Position numbers and translations under genes: made by a program. From contig JBCCHT010000028.1 of the NCBI GenBank assembly GCA_039028615.1, positions 32,001 through 96,000 on the forward strand: 64,000 nt of DNA, given 5' to 3'. Below the pieces are notes generated by a model that did no database searches, had not been told where the DNA came from, and worked only from the letters and a program-made list of their open reading frames with translations. This document shows, piece after piece, positions 1 to 9,837 of the stretch (positions are counted from its first letter, which is position 1; each line of letters starts with the position of its first letter). The DNA is from Myxococcota bacterium. GTDB lineage: Bacteria > Myxococcota_A > Polyangia > Nannocystales > Nannocystaceae.

Positions 1-865
1 AGCGCTGCCCAGCGGTGCCGGCCGCCCCGAAGGCGATGGCGCGCGCGGCGAGGTCGAGGTCGGCGGTCTGGTCGACGATGATCGCATTGTTGCCGCCGAG
101 CTCGAGCAGGGTGCGACCCAGGCGAGCGGCGACGCGCGGGGAGACCTTGCGGCCCATCGCGCACGAGCCGGTGGCGCTCACGAGCGGCACGCGGGGGTCG
201 TCGACCAGCGCCTGCGAGACCTCGAGGTCGTCGCCGAAGGCCAGCTGCAGCACGTTGCCGTGGCCGGCTTCCTCGAGGATGGGCTGGAGCAGCGCGTGGG
301 TGGCCAGCGCCGTCAGCGGGGTCTTGAGGCTGGGCTTCCAGACCACCGGGTCGCCGCACACCAGGGCGAGCGCCGCGTTCCAGGCCCACACCGCCACCGG
401 GAAGTTGAAGGCGGTGATGCACAGCACGGTGCCGAGCGGCTGCCACTGCTCGAACATGCGGTGACCGGGGCGCTCGGACATCAGGGTGCGGCCGCCCAGG
501 CTCCGCGACAGGCCGGTCGCGAAGTCGCAGATGTCGATCATCTCCTGCACCTCGCCGCGGGACTCTTCGATGCCCTTGCCCATCTCGGCGCAGACCAGGC
601 GCGACAGCGACTCTTTGTGCTCGCGCAGGCGCTCGCCGATCTGGCGGACCAGCTCGCCGCGGACGGGGCCGGGCACCATTCGGAAGCTCGCGAACGCCTC
701 GTGGGCGGCGGCCAGCTTGGCCATGGCGGACTCACGATCGTCCTGGGCCACGGTCGCGATGATCTCACCGGTGCTCGGGTCCTCGACCTCCAGCCCGTCC
801 TTGACGTCGGCCGGTGCGGTCAGGCCCATCGCCTCGAAGATTTCCACGATTTCGGTACTCGGCAT
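1..865 (-). CDS. Aldehyde dehydrogenase, ALDH family 7-like (partial, runs off window start)
   Basis: Manual translation from ATG 865: EMGKGIEESRGEVQEMIDICDFATGLSR, TAFNFPVAVWAWN, WKPSLKTP, SATGS, LLELGGNN, GTAGQR. Not in the ORF track because there is no stop in the window. Confidence 0.92.
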   Translation of the reverse strand, partial: MPSTEIVEIFEAMGLTAPADVKDGLEVEDPSTGEIIATVAQDDRESAMAKLAAAHEAFASFRMVPGPVRGELVRQIGERLREHKESLSRLVCAEMGKGIEESRGEVQEMIDICDFATGLSRSLGGRTLMSERPGHRMFEQWQPLGTVLCITAFNFPVAVWAWNAALALVCGDPVVWKPSLKTPLTALATHALLQPILEEAGHGNVLQLAFGDDLEVSQALVDDPRVPLVSATGSCAMGRKVSPRVAARLGRTLLELGGNNAIIVDQTADLDLAARAIAFGAAGTAGQR

Positions 866-1018
866 GGCGCGCCCGGTATAGCAGCGCGCACCCTTTCCGC
901 GTGCCCGCAGCCACGTGAGCTAGGCGGGCTCCCCTCCCCTCTAAGCGCGGTCCTGAAGCAATCGGGGCACACCGGAACGTGGGTAACCGCGCGGGCGCGT
1001 TCGCGTACTGGAGAGGGC

Positions 1019-1489
1019 ATGCCGCGCACTCGCATTGCCCTGGTCTTCGTTCTCGGATTGTCGAGCGTCTCCGCCTGCGCCGATCGCAACGAGGCGGACG
1101 CCATCCGCGACCAGCTCGAAGACGACGACTACCGCAACACCTATGCACGCGCGCCGGGTTGGTCGATGCCGCGACAACCCGCCGAGGGCGGCCCGCATGG
1201 GGCCTTCATCGACATCTACGTCAACGACGTGGTCGAAGACGCGATCGCCTCGGGCGAGGCGCTCGACGCGTGGCCCGAGGGCTCGCTGATCGTCAAGGAC
1301 GGCTGGAGCGCGGCCGAGGGCGGCGACTACGAGTTCCTCGCGTTCATGGAGCGTCGCGAATCGGGCTGGTTTTGGGGGGAGTACCGCGGCAACGGACGCA
1401 TCGTGGCCAGCGGACTCGACGACCGGCGCTGCGCCAACTGCCACGCTGCGGGCCAGGACCAGGTGCGCGCGTTCGACCTACCCCGCTGA
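1019..1489 (+). CDS. Cytochrome P460-family c-type cytochrome, probable lipoprotein
   Basis: Signal with lipobox-like VSAC; WPEGSLIVKD segment; W-rich GWFWGEY; C-terminal CANCH heme motif. Confidence 0.72.
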   Translation: MPRTRIALVFVLGLSSVSACADRNEADAIRDQLEDDDYRNTYARAPGWSMPRQPAEGGPHGAFIDIYVNDVVEDAIASGEALDAWPEGSLIVKDGWSAAEGGDYEFLAFMERRESGWFWGEYRGNGRIVASGLDDRRCANCHAAGQDQVRAFDLPR

Positions 1490-2257
1490 GCGGTGCTCTC
1501 GGAACATGCGTAGCGCGTGCTGGCCCGCCGGGCGACGGCGAGCCGCCTCGACCACTTCGGACGCGTTGGGGCGGAGCCCGTCGAGCGCGGGCAGGTGCGC
1601 GCTGTAGCCCTCGGCGTGCTGCACCAGCACCAGCGGCGCGGCCATGCACGCGAAGGTCAGGTCGGCCGCCGTGAAGCGGTCGCCCACCAGGTAGCCCGTG
1701 TCGGCGATGGCCGCCTCGACCTCACCGAAGATGGCGTCCACCTGGGCCCGGCTCCGTTCGAAGCCAGCCTCGTCGATCTTCAGGCGGCGGCGGAGCCTCC
1801 CGGCCGCCATTGGGTACAGCCGCTTGAACAACCACGCCTGCGCCCGCCCGACGTTGGTATCGGCCATGTCTTGCAGCAGCGACGGGTCTTGCAGCGCGAA
1901 GTAGTACGCCATGCGCCGCGTGTGGGGACCGAGTTTGTCGTGCAGCCGCTGCTCCCAGGCATCGACATCGGGCTCGCCCCGCAGCTGCACGCCGGCCTCG
2001 CACGCGAAGTCCACGATGGCCCCCGAGTCACGAAGCCAGCGACCGTCGGGGAGCCGTAGCGCCGGGGTCGACCACACGCTCGACACGCGATCGGCCTCGC
2101 CGCGCTGCCACCGGGTCGACATCATCACCCCGAGCTGGCTGAAGCCGGGCATGAAGGCGCGCTCGGTGAAGGGAATGCCCGCGAGATCGAGCGCCCATCG
2201 GGCGCGCTCGTTGTAGTGCGAGAACGCCAACGTGACGAGGTGATGCGTCCGTTCCAC
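1478..2257 (-). CDS. Glutathione S-transferase family protein
   Basis: SHYNERARWAL N-terminus, TPAL..DSGAI, YLVGDRFTAADLTFA; GTG start at 2257 inferred. Confidence 0.85.
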   Translation of the reverse strand: MERTHHLVTLAFSHYNERARWALDLAGIPFTERAFMPGFSQLGVMMSTRWQRGEADRVSSVWSTPALRLPDGRWLRDSGAIVDFACEAGVQLRGEPDVDAWEQRLHDKLGPHTRRMAYYFALQDPSLLQDMADTNVGRAQAWLFKRLYPMAAGRLRRRLKIDEAGFERSRAQVDAIFGEVEAAIADTGYLVGDRFTAADLTFACMAAPLVLVQHAEGYSAHLPALDGLRPNASEVVEAARRRPAGQHALRMFREHRSAG

Positions 2258-2273
2258 GGTGATATATTTTTTA

Positions 2274-2299
2274 TACTTAAGAATCTCGAAGCGCAAGTA
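2274..2299. promoter_or_regulatory. Putative HxlR operator in an AT-rich divergent promoter (TACTT-N16-AAGTA)
   Basis: AT-rich island at 2261-2300 between divergent gst and hxlR, containing the inverted repeat TACTT...AAGTA. Confidence 0.45.
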
Positions 2300-2323
2300 C
2301 TCTCGCCCGGCGGGACCGCCCCC

Positions 2324-2983
2324 ATGCCCTATCGCCACTTCTGCATCGCCGCCCGAGCCCTCGAAGTCGTGGGCGATCGCTGGACCTTGCTCGTGGTGCG
2401 CGACCTGCTGTCCGGGCCCAAGCGCTTCAACGAGCTGCGCCGCTTGCTGTCCCAGGTCACCCCGCGGCAGCTGTCGCTGCGACTGCGCAGCATGGAAGCC
2501 GATGGTTTGGTCGAGCACCGCGAGGTACCGGACTCGAACGATTGGCACTACGCCCTGACCGACAGCGGCCGCGCATTGGCGCCCGTCGTGCACGCCCTCG
2601 CAGCCTGGGGGGCCGAACATGCGATGCGTCCCCCCGCCGAGGGCGAGCCGGTGCACCCCGAGCACCTGGTCAACGGCGCGGTGGCGCTGCTGACGACGCG
2701 ACGGGTTCGGCCGCCCCGAGCCACCCGCTGGAGCTTCGCGTTTCCCGACGGCGCGCGGACGGTCGAGTGGACGGGGCACCGGTGGCAGCTCGGCACCACC
2801 GACGAGGGCGCGCGGGTGACCGTGAGTGCAGAGCCTCGCGACCTCGCGCTCGCGATCGCGGAGCCGAGTCGGCTGCCCACGCTGCTGGGCACACGAATCA
2901 CCGTCGACGGCGACCCGGCCGAGATTGCCCTGATGATGAGCGTCGTGGTGCCGATGGACCACGAAAAAGAGCCGAAGAGGTGA
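2324..2983 (+). CDS. HxlR/DUF24 winged-helix regulator with possible C-terminal SCP2-like domain
   Basis: FCIAARALEVVGDRWTLLVVRDLLSGPKRFNEL...LSLRLRSMEADGLV...YALTDSGRAL. Confidence 0.9.
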   Translation: MPYRHFCIAARALEVVGDRWTLLVVRDLLSGPKRFNELRRLLSQVTPRQLSLRLRSMEADGLVEHREVPDSNDWHYALTDSGRALAPVVHALAAWGAEHAMRPPAEGEPVHPEHLVNGAVALLTTRRVRPPRATRWSFAFPDGARTVEWTGHRWQLGTTDEGARVTVSAEPRDLALAIAEPSRLPTLLGTRITVDGDPAEIALMMSVVVPMDHEKEPKR

Positions 2984-3015
2984 AAGAAATCCGCGCTGGG
3001 GGTCATTCAGGAGAC

Positions 3016-3432
3016 GTGCTCCGCCTCCTCGCTCCCCTCGTCGTGTCCCTGCTCGCGGTCGGATGCGCAAGCAGCCCGACTCCCATCCCGCCGTCGGCCC
3101 CGGTCACGCTCCCGGACGGCACCACGCCGACCGACGATCCGAAGTCGGCCGAGCTCGACGGTCAGACCATCACCCTCGGCTTTTCGCACGGGGGCGGCTG
3201 CGGGGGCCATCAGTACGAGATCGGCAAGCGGCTCGCCGACGACGGCGCGGTCGAGCTGTGGCTGGTCCACTACGATCTCGACGGGGATAGCTGCGACGCC
3301 ATGCTGTGGAAGGACGTGACCACCGAGCTCCCCGACGACTGGGCGGAACGAGAGATTCGCGTGCTCCGTCTCGCGGGTACGCCCCGAGTGATTCGCACCG
3401 CCGACGGCACCGACCTGCCGTTCCACGACTAG
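3016..3432 (+). CDS. Hypothetical lipoprotein
   Basis: RBS AGGAG, GTG start, LLAVGC lipobox, HGGGCGGH and DSCDA motifs. Confidence 0.65.
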   Translation: MLRLLAPLVVSLLAVGCASSPTPIPPSAPVTLPDGTTPTDDPKSAELDGQTITLGFSHGGGCGGHQYEIGKRLADDGAVELWLVHYDLDGDSCDAMLWKDVTTELPDDWAEREIRVLRLAGTPRVIRTADGTDLPFHD

Positions 3433-3481
3433 GGGCGCCCGACGGCCCACCGATGGCTTGAAAACCTACCGCCGGGCGCTT

Positions 3482-4162
3482 ATGCGTGAGGACGCGAGCC
3501 GCTCCATGAGCGCGTCCTCCTCATCCGACCCCGCCGGGCCCCCGGCCACCAACGACGAGCCCGCCGCTCGCGCCCGGGTGCTGGACAACATCGGTGCGCT
3601 CGGCAGCGTCATCGCCCTCCTCGGCGTCATCGGGTTGCTCGCGATGCAGATGGGCATGGCGCAGGACCACCCGTGGCTGGTGGTGGCGGTCCCCGTCCTT
3701 TACGTGGGCGGCGTCTTGCTGACCGTCGTGCGCCGTACCGGTCGAGCCCGAGTCTCCGTGCTCAACGTCGTACCGCTATTCGTGATCTACGCGATCCTCG
3801 GGTTCTGGGACCTACTGAGCATCGGGCTGGTGATGGCCTTCGTGGTGGTGGAGATGATCCTCGGTCCATTGCTCGGCATGGCGACGATCGTGGCCGTGAT
3901 GATGCTGGGCATCTTCGTCATCGAGACGGTGCTCGGCATCCCGCTCGACGGGATCAGCGGACCGGAGTCGTGGGGTCAGGCGGGCATCTTCGTCGCGGTG
4001 CTCGTCGTCGGCGTCGTCGTGCTGCGCTGGCGCTTCGGCCGAGACGAGGGCGAGGACCCGATCATGGACGCGTACGCCCGCACCCACGCCCGCATCCTGG
4101 GCCTGCTGCACCTGGCCATCCTGGCGTGTGGAGGGCCCTCGCCGGACCACGAAGAGCCTTAG
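3482..4162 (+). CDS. Hypothetical multi-pass membrane protein
   Basis: 5-6 hydrophobic segments, GC3-rich frame. Confidence 0.7.
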   Translation: MREDASRSMSASSSSDPAGPPATNDEPAARARVLDNIGALGSVIALLGVIGLLAMQMGMAQDHPWLVVAVPVLYVGGVLLTVVRRTGRARVSVLNVVPLFVIYAILGFWDLLSIGLVMAFVVVEMILGPLLGMATIVAVMMLGIFVIETVLGIPLDGISGPESWGQAGIFVAVLVVGVVVLRWRFGRDEGEDPIMDAYARTHARILGLLHLAILACGGPSPDHEEP

Positions 4163-6192
4163 GGCTCGATCGGCCGCACCGCCTTGAGCCCTTGCGGGCC
4201 GTCGAACAGGACCCACTGCTCGTTCCCCGTGGTGCCGAGGTCGACCGGAACGATGAAGGGCTCGAGGATGAGAAAGCTGCTCGGGCCCGTCGGGTGCATC
4301 TGCGCCTCGACGCCGTCATCGAAGGTCATGCGCAGGGTCTCGCCCTCGCGCGTGATCTCGAAGCCCTTCACCGGCAGCTGGGTGCCGGGAACGAACTCGT
4401 AGTGCCCCGCGTGGCGATCGAAAATCTCGGCATCGAGCGGCGCGACGGTGAGCTCGCGCTCCTCGTGCGCGGGCCAGCCGTAGACGTGTGCGACCGCGTT
4501 GATCACCTCGTCCGTCAGGACGCCACCGTTGTCGGAGTTGGTCATCACCACCACGCCGGAGCCCCGCTCGACGTCCAGGAGCATCTGGCTGCGGAATCCC
4601 TCGTTGCCGCCGCCGTGCCCGAAGCGCAGGTCACCCGTTCGCGGCGCGACCATGAAGCCGAGCCCGACATAGCCCGCCGCCGAGCCGGGCTGCCCCACCA
4701 TCCCCGGGCACTGGCGCAACAGGGCCGCCTGCGCCGTCTTCGGGCTCACCAGCGCGGCCTCGTCTCCACCGTGGGCCCGACGGACCTCGAGCAGCAGCTG
4801 CGCCAGATCGCTCGGTCGAGTCCAGAGCCCCGCCGCGCCCATCTCCGGGTACGTGTGCCATCGGCCCGGGATGGCCTTGCCCGTGTCGCGGTGGGCGACC
4901 GCGGCGTTGGCATGAAACCGCTTCGGCAGCGGCTGCTCGTAGGTGCTCCGTCGCATGCCGACCGGCTTCAGCACCTGCTCGGCGAGCACCTGCGGGAACG
5001 ACTTGCCGGACACGTCGGCCAGCAACAGCTGCAGGATGGTCGTGCCGCCGCCCGAGTAGCGAAACCCCTGCCCCGGCGGCTTGTCGACGCGAATCGGCTG
5101 GTTGTTGGCCGGGGCCACCCCATCGAGGATCTGCGGCACGGTGGGCACGGGTACCCCTTCGGCATAGCCGGGAAACCCGTGCACGGTCAGGCCCGCGCAG
5201 TGACTCGCGAGACCGCGAATGGTGACCGGCTGGGCCTTCGTGTGCTGGTTGTCCGGCAGCGTCCACGACTTCAGGTAGGTGTTGACGTCGGCGTCGAGAT
5301 CGAGCGTGCCCGCCTCGACCATGCGCAGCGCCGCGAGCACCGTCAGCGGCTTGCTCATCGACGCCGCCTGGAACATCGTGTCCGTGTCCACGGGGGTCGA
5401 CCCGCCCGCCTGGAGCACGCCGTAACCCGCCGCCCAGTCGATCTTGCCGCCGTGGATCACAGCGACGCTCATGCCCGGCACGTCGAGCTCGGCCATGCGC
5501 TGCTGCACCGTGCGAGGGTCCCGTGCGCCGAGGCGAATCGACGGCGTCAAGCTGGCCTCGACCAAGGCGCGCCGGGCCTCGGCGTCCGCGGCCAGCGGCT
5601 CCCCGCCGATCGATCGCGTGGAGCGAGCCAGCCCGTAGGGCTCGTTCGCCTCCAGCGCGACGGCGGTGGTGCCCGCCCCCTGAAACTCGACGACGCGCTG
5701 CTCCTCGCGAGGATCGAGATCGACCTCGAGCCACTGGTACGTCGGCTCGCCATCGGGCCGCTGCCAGCTGATGAGGCCGACGACTTCGTCTTCGCTCTGC
5801 TCGACGACACGGCAGATGGTGGCCGGCCCTGCCTCCCCCAGCCATGCCTTCAATAGCGGGAGTTGCTCTTCGAGCGGCCAACGCAGCGACATCTCCGCGG
5901 TGGCCTCGTCGCGGCTGAAGGCCGCGACGGCCTCGGGGGTCGGTGCATTGAGCAAGTCGACCACCGCGACCAGGCGCTGCGTGGCCCGGTCGTCGCGAAG
6001 CTCCGCCGCCTCGCACATGGGGCCGGTGGGCTCGGGCGTCTCGACCGTGGCCGGCGTGCTCGAAGGCTCCGCGGGCGAGCTGGGCCGGCACGACGCTGCA
6101 CCCAGCGCCACCGCGATGATGGGCCACGCACCCGCTCGTGCGACGCTCGAACGAAGCCAGAATCCACGGGTCGACAGTGGAGCGGAACGCAT
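4159..6192 (-). CDS. Serine hydrolase, beta-lactamase/AmpC-like family lipoprotein
   Basis: FQAASMSK (SxxK), FRYSGGG, GHGGGNEGF; LGAASC lipobox. Confidence 0.88.
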   Translation of the reverse strand: MRSAPLSTRGFWLRSSVARAGAWPIIAVALGAASCRPSSPAEPSSTPATVETPEPTGPMCEAAELRDDRATQRLVAVVDLLNAPTPEAVAAFSRDEATAEMSLRWPLEEQLPLLKAWLGEAGPATICRVVEQSEDEVVGLISWQRPDGEPTYQWLEVDLDPREEQRVVEFQGAGTTAVALEANEPYGLARSTRSIGGEPLAADAEARRALVEASLTPSIRLGARDPRTVQQRMAELDVPGMSVAVIHGGKIDWAAGYGVLQAGGSTPVDTDTMFQAASMSKPLTVLAALRMVEAGTLDLDADVNTYLKSWTLPDNQHTKAQPVTIRGLASHCAGLTVHGFPGYAEGVPVPTVPQILDGVAPANNQPIRVDKPPGQGFRYSGGGTTILQLLLADVSGKSFPQVLAEQVLKPVGMRRSTYEQPLPKRFHANAAVAHRDTGKAIPGRWHTYPEMGAAGLWTRPSDLAQLLLEVRRAHGGDEAALVSPKTAQAALLRQCPGMVGQPGSAAGYVGLGFMVAPRTGDLRFGHGGGNEGFRSQMLLDVERGSGVVVMTNSDNGGVLTDEVINAVAHVYGWPAHEERELTVAPLDAEIFDRHAGHYEFVPGTQLPVKGFEITREGETLRMTFDDGVEAQMHPTGPSSFLILEPFIVPVDLGTTGNEQWVLFDGPQGLKAVRPIEP

Positions 6193-6240
6193 GCCCTGAT
6201 TGTCCGAGACCGGACGCGCCGATGTCCAATACCGACGACC

Positions 6241-6891
6241 TCAGTCCCGATTCGAGGGCCGGTCCATCAGCGTGCGAATCTCCTTGGCCCACGTCCGCAG
6301 GCTCACCGGATCGTCGAGCATGGCCGCCGCGCCTCGATCGATCTGCTGCAGCTGCTCGGCCAGTCGCTGCTTGCCCAGCCGCAACCGACCCCGCACGGTG
6401 GCCTCGGGAATCCCGAGGAGCTCCGCAATCTCCCGCCCGGGCAGGTTCTCGAAGATGTTGAGCTCCAGCGCGATCTGGAAATCCAGCGGAATGTTGCGCA
6501 TCGCAGAAGCCAGCCGCCGCAGGTTGTCCTTGCGCGCCATGACCGTGGTCAGGCTGACCTCGGCGAGCGATCCCAAGCACAGCGAGTCGAAGTCGAGGGC
6601 TTCGCGCTCGCGCTTGTACTTCTTGCGAAGGTGCTGCTGGAACACCTTGAGCGCGATGCGGAAGGCAAAGCGCTCGAAAGGAACGTCACCGCGAAAACGG
6701 TCTTTGCTCTCGGTGCAGCCCAAGAAGGTCTGACCGATCAAGTCGGCCGCGTCCTCTTCGTTGGCCACCTTGTTGTGAAAGAACCGCGCGATGGGCCGGA
6801 AGTGGCGCTGAACGAGGGTGTCGCCCGCCTTGCGGTCGCCAGCCCGCCATGCGTCGAGCAGCACCCAGTCGTCTTGCTCCGTCGTGCTCAT
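6241..6891 (-). CDS. ECF-type RNA polymerase sigma-70 factor
   Basis: LLDAWRAGDRKAG, DAADLIGQTFL (region 2), EIAELLGIPEATVRGRLRLGK (region 4). Confidence 0.88.
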   Translation of the reverse strand: MSTTEQDDWVLLDAWRAGDRKAGDTLVQRHFRPIARFFHNKVANEEDAADLIGQTFLGCTESKDRFRGDVPFERFAFRIALKVFQQHLRKKYKREREALDFDSLCLGSLAEVSLTTVMARKDNLRRLASAMRNIPLDFQIALELNIFENLPGREIAELLGIPEATVRGRLRLGKQRLAEQLQQIDRGAAAMLDDPVSLRTWAKEIRTLMDRPSNRD

Positions 6892-6956
6892 CGAGACGCC
6901 GATCGACCACCCGAGCCGACTCGCAACGAGCGTAGGCCGGCCCAATTTCGATTTGT

Positions 6957-9812
6957 GTGATCGATCTCGGCTGGATCGTAACATGGAACTACACCCTCCC
7001 TGCAGCATCCGCCGACGTGCAGTTCGACGACCCCACGACTCGACCCACGCTGGACCCGACCTTCGATACGGGCGGTGGTTTCCATCGCGAGGTCGAGGAC
7101 GCCCTGCTGGGCAAGGTGCGCGCGCGCCTATTCGGGACCGCATCCGACCGGCCCCGCCAGCTCGGCCGCTTCCGGCTCATCGAGCGCCTCGGCTCCGGGG
7201 GCATGGGCGTGGTGTACAGCGCCTACGACGACGAGCTCGGTCGACGCGTGGCCGTGAAGCTGCTGCAGCCGGGACGTACGGCCCAGGCCGAAGGGCGAGC
7301 GCGCATCCAGCAGGAAGCCCGCGCGATGGCCCGGCTGTCCCATCCCAACGTGGTGCAGGTGTTCGAGGTCGGCGAGCTGTCGGATGGCCAGGTCTACGTG
7401 GTGATGGAGCTGGTCAACGGCCAGACCCTGTCGCAGTTCGCCAAGGCGCCGCATGCATGGAAGGAGATCCTCGAGGTCTACGTGCAGGCGGGGCGCGGGC
7501 TCATGGCCGCCCACACGGCGGGCCTGGTGCACCGCGACTTCAAGCCGGCCAACGCCATGCTCGGCGACGAGGGCCGGGTACGCGTGCTCGACTTCGGGCT
7601 CGCCCGCCGCCCCGAGATGATGGGGCCGGATTCGACCAACCCCTCCTACGACTCCGACCCGCCCCGAGAAGCACGGCTCACCTGCACGGGCATGGTGGTG
7701 GGAACCCCGGCCTATATGGCGCCCGAGGCCGCGACCGAGGGCCGGGTCGACGCCCGCAGCGATCAGTACTCGTTCTGCGTCGCGCTGTACCAGGCGCTCT
7801 ACGGGGAGCACCCGCGCTTCAACGACAACCACAACCCGAACGTCGATCCTTGGTACGGGCCCATCCACCCTGCCCCACCCGGTCACGGCGTGCCACGATC
7901 GCTTCGCCGCGCCCTGCTGCGCGGGCTCTCGCTCGAGCCCCACCGCCGCTACCCGTCCATGGCCCACCTGCTCCGCGCGCTGCGGCGCCTGGGTGAGACG
8001 CGGAGCAAGTGGCAGCTGGTCCCGGTGGGCTTGATGCTCACCGCCACCGTGGTCATCGCTGGTCGGCTCTCCGGCGATGCGAGCTGCGAAGATCAAGCCT
8101 CCCGCAGCATGGAGCAGACCTGGAACTCCACGCAGCGATCCGAGCTCGGCCTGGCCATTGAGCAGACCGCCCACCCGCAGGCCGCCCAGATCGTCGACCA
8201 GCTCTCCCCCGCCATCGACGAGCACGCCGAGCGCTGGGTCCAGGCTCGACGACAGGTCTGTGACACCCTCAGCTCGCAGCGGCACGCGGATCTCCAAGAC
8301 GACCACCGCCTGGCGTGCCTCGACGACCGCCGACGGGAGCTCGGCGTGGCGATCGATCTGTTGGCCGAGTCCGATCGCCACGGCGCGGGCCGGGCCCTCG
8401 AGGTCATCGCCGGGCTCGGCGACGTGGGCCGCTGCCTCGAGCTCGACCCCAACGTCGAGCGGCTCGCGTCCCCGCGCAGCGCCAGCCAGGCCCGCGCCAT
8501 CGACCGCGAGCGGAGCCGGCTGAGTCGCGCCGACGGGCTGGGCAAGATGGGGCGCTACGAGGACGGACGCATCCTGGCGGGCGAGGTGGCCGAGGCCGCG
8601 AAGAAGCTGAACTACCCGCCGCTACAGGCCGAAGCCGAGCGTCTCCACGGCTGGCTGACCAAGAACTCGGGCGACTACGAGACCTCGATGGAGCGCCTCG
8701 AGCGGGCGTATTTCCTCGCTCGTCGGCACCGACACGATCGGGTGGCCCGCATGGCGGCGATCGACCTGGTCTACGTCACCGGAGTGCTGCTCGAGCGCCA
8801 CGAAGACGCCGAGCGGTGGACTCGCGACGCGCGTTCGGAGCTCGACCGCAACCCCTCGCCCCCGGACGAGGCCCGCTTCCTCGTCGTGCTGGGCGGGGTG
8901 GCGGAGCGCCGCGGGGAGTTCGAGCGCGCCCGGGAGTACTTCCAGCGGACGCTGGTGCTGCACGAGAGCATGTACGGCCGGTTTCACTCCACGGTCGCCC
9001 GCTCGCTCAACAACCTGTGCCTGTCGTATGCGGGGCAGGGCCTGGTGGCCGAGGCGCGGCCCCGCTGCGAGCGAGCGCTGGAGATCTATCGCTCCGAACT
9101 CGGCCCGCATCACCCCACCGTCGCCCGAACGCTGGACGTGTTGTCGTCGCTGGCCGCGGCCGAGCACGAGCCGGGCAAGGCGTTGTTCTTCGCTCGCCGG
9201 GCGGTGACCGTCAGCGAGCAAGCGCTCGGCGCCGATCACCCGGAGACGGCGGCCTACGTCCGCTCGGTCGGCCGGCTGCTGCTCCAGGCCGATCAACCCG
9301 ACGAGGCCCGCCCGCACCTCGAAAAGGCGCTCGAGATCCAGCGCGCGACCCTGGGCGAAGAGCACCACCACCTCACCACCACGCTGATGCTGCTCGCGAC
9401 CCTCGACGTGCGCGACGGCGCCATCGACCAGGCCCGCGCCCGCTACCACACCACCATCGCCATGCTCGAGTCATCGCTGGGGCAGCAGCACACCAAGCTG
9501 CTGGCCCCGCTCATCGATCTGGCCCGACTCGAGATCGACCACGGCCGCTCCGATGCCGGCCTCGAGCACGCCACTCGGGCCCACGCCCTGATCGACCCCG
9601 AAAATCGCTACGACCGCGCGCAGACCAAGTACCTGCTGGCTCGAGCGCACTGGGCCCGCGGCTCCGAGCCCGATCGCGCCCTGGCCATGGCCGCCGACGC
9701 GGCCCGGGACTATCGCTCGTGGATGTCCACGGGCGCGGTCAGGATCTACGCGCCCTCGGGCGACCCCACGGTGGAGGAGATGGAGGCGTGGGTGAAGGCG
9801 CGGGAGGGCTGA
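6957..9812 (+). CDS. Membrane Ser/Thr protein kinase with C-terminal TPR repeats
   Basis: LGSGGMGVVY, VAVK, HRDFKPAN, DFGLA, GTPAYMAPE; TM segment; HPTVARTL-type TPRs. Confidence 0.95.
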   Translation: MIDLGWIVTWNYTLPAASADVQFDDPTTRPTLDPTFDTGGGFHREVEDALLGKVRARLFGTASDRPRQLGRFRLIERLGSGGMGVVYSAYDDELGRRVAVKLLQPGRTAQAEGRARIQQEARAMARLSHPNVVQVFEVGELSDGQVYVVMELVNGQTLSQFAKAPHAWKEILEVYVQAGRGLMAAHTAGLVHRDFKPANAMLGDEGRVRVLDFGLARRPEMMGPDSTNPSYDSDPPREARLTCTGMVVGTPAYMAPEAATEGRVDARSDQYSFCVALYQALYGEHPRFNDNHNPNVDPWYGPIHPAPPGHGVPRSLRRALLRGLSLEPHRRYPSMAHLLRALRRLGETRSKWQLVPVGLMLTATVVIAGRLSGDASCEDQASRSMEQTWNSTQRSELGLAIEQTAHPQAAQIVDQLSPAIDEHAERWVQARRQVCDTLSSQRHADLQDDHRLACLDDRRRELGVAIDLLAESDRHGAGRALEVIAGLGDVGRCLELDPNVERLASPRSASQARAIDRERSRLSRADGLGKMGRYEDGRILAGEVAEAAKKLNYPPLQAEAERLHGWLTKNSGDYETSMERLERAYFLARRHRHDRVARMAAIDLVYVTGVLLERHEDAERWTRDARSELDRNPSPPDEARFLVVLGGVAERRGEFERAREYFQRTLVLHESMYGRFHSTVARSLNNLCLSYAGQGLVAEARPRCERALEIYRSELGPHHPTVARTLDVLSSLAAAEHEPGKALFFARRAVTVSEQALGADHPETAAYVRSVGRLLLQADQPDEARPHLEKALEIQRATLGEEHHHLTTTLMLLATLDVRDGAIDQARARYHTTIAMLESSLGQQHTKLLAPLIDLARLEIDHGRSDAGLEHATRAHALIDPENRYDRAQTKYLLARAHWARGSEPDRALAMAADAARDYRSWMSTGAVRIYAPSGDPTVEEMEAWVKAREG

Positions 9813-9837
9813 CCGCCCCCCCGCACGCCCGCGATCG

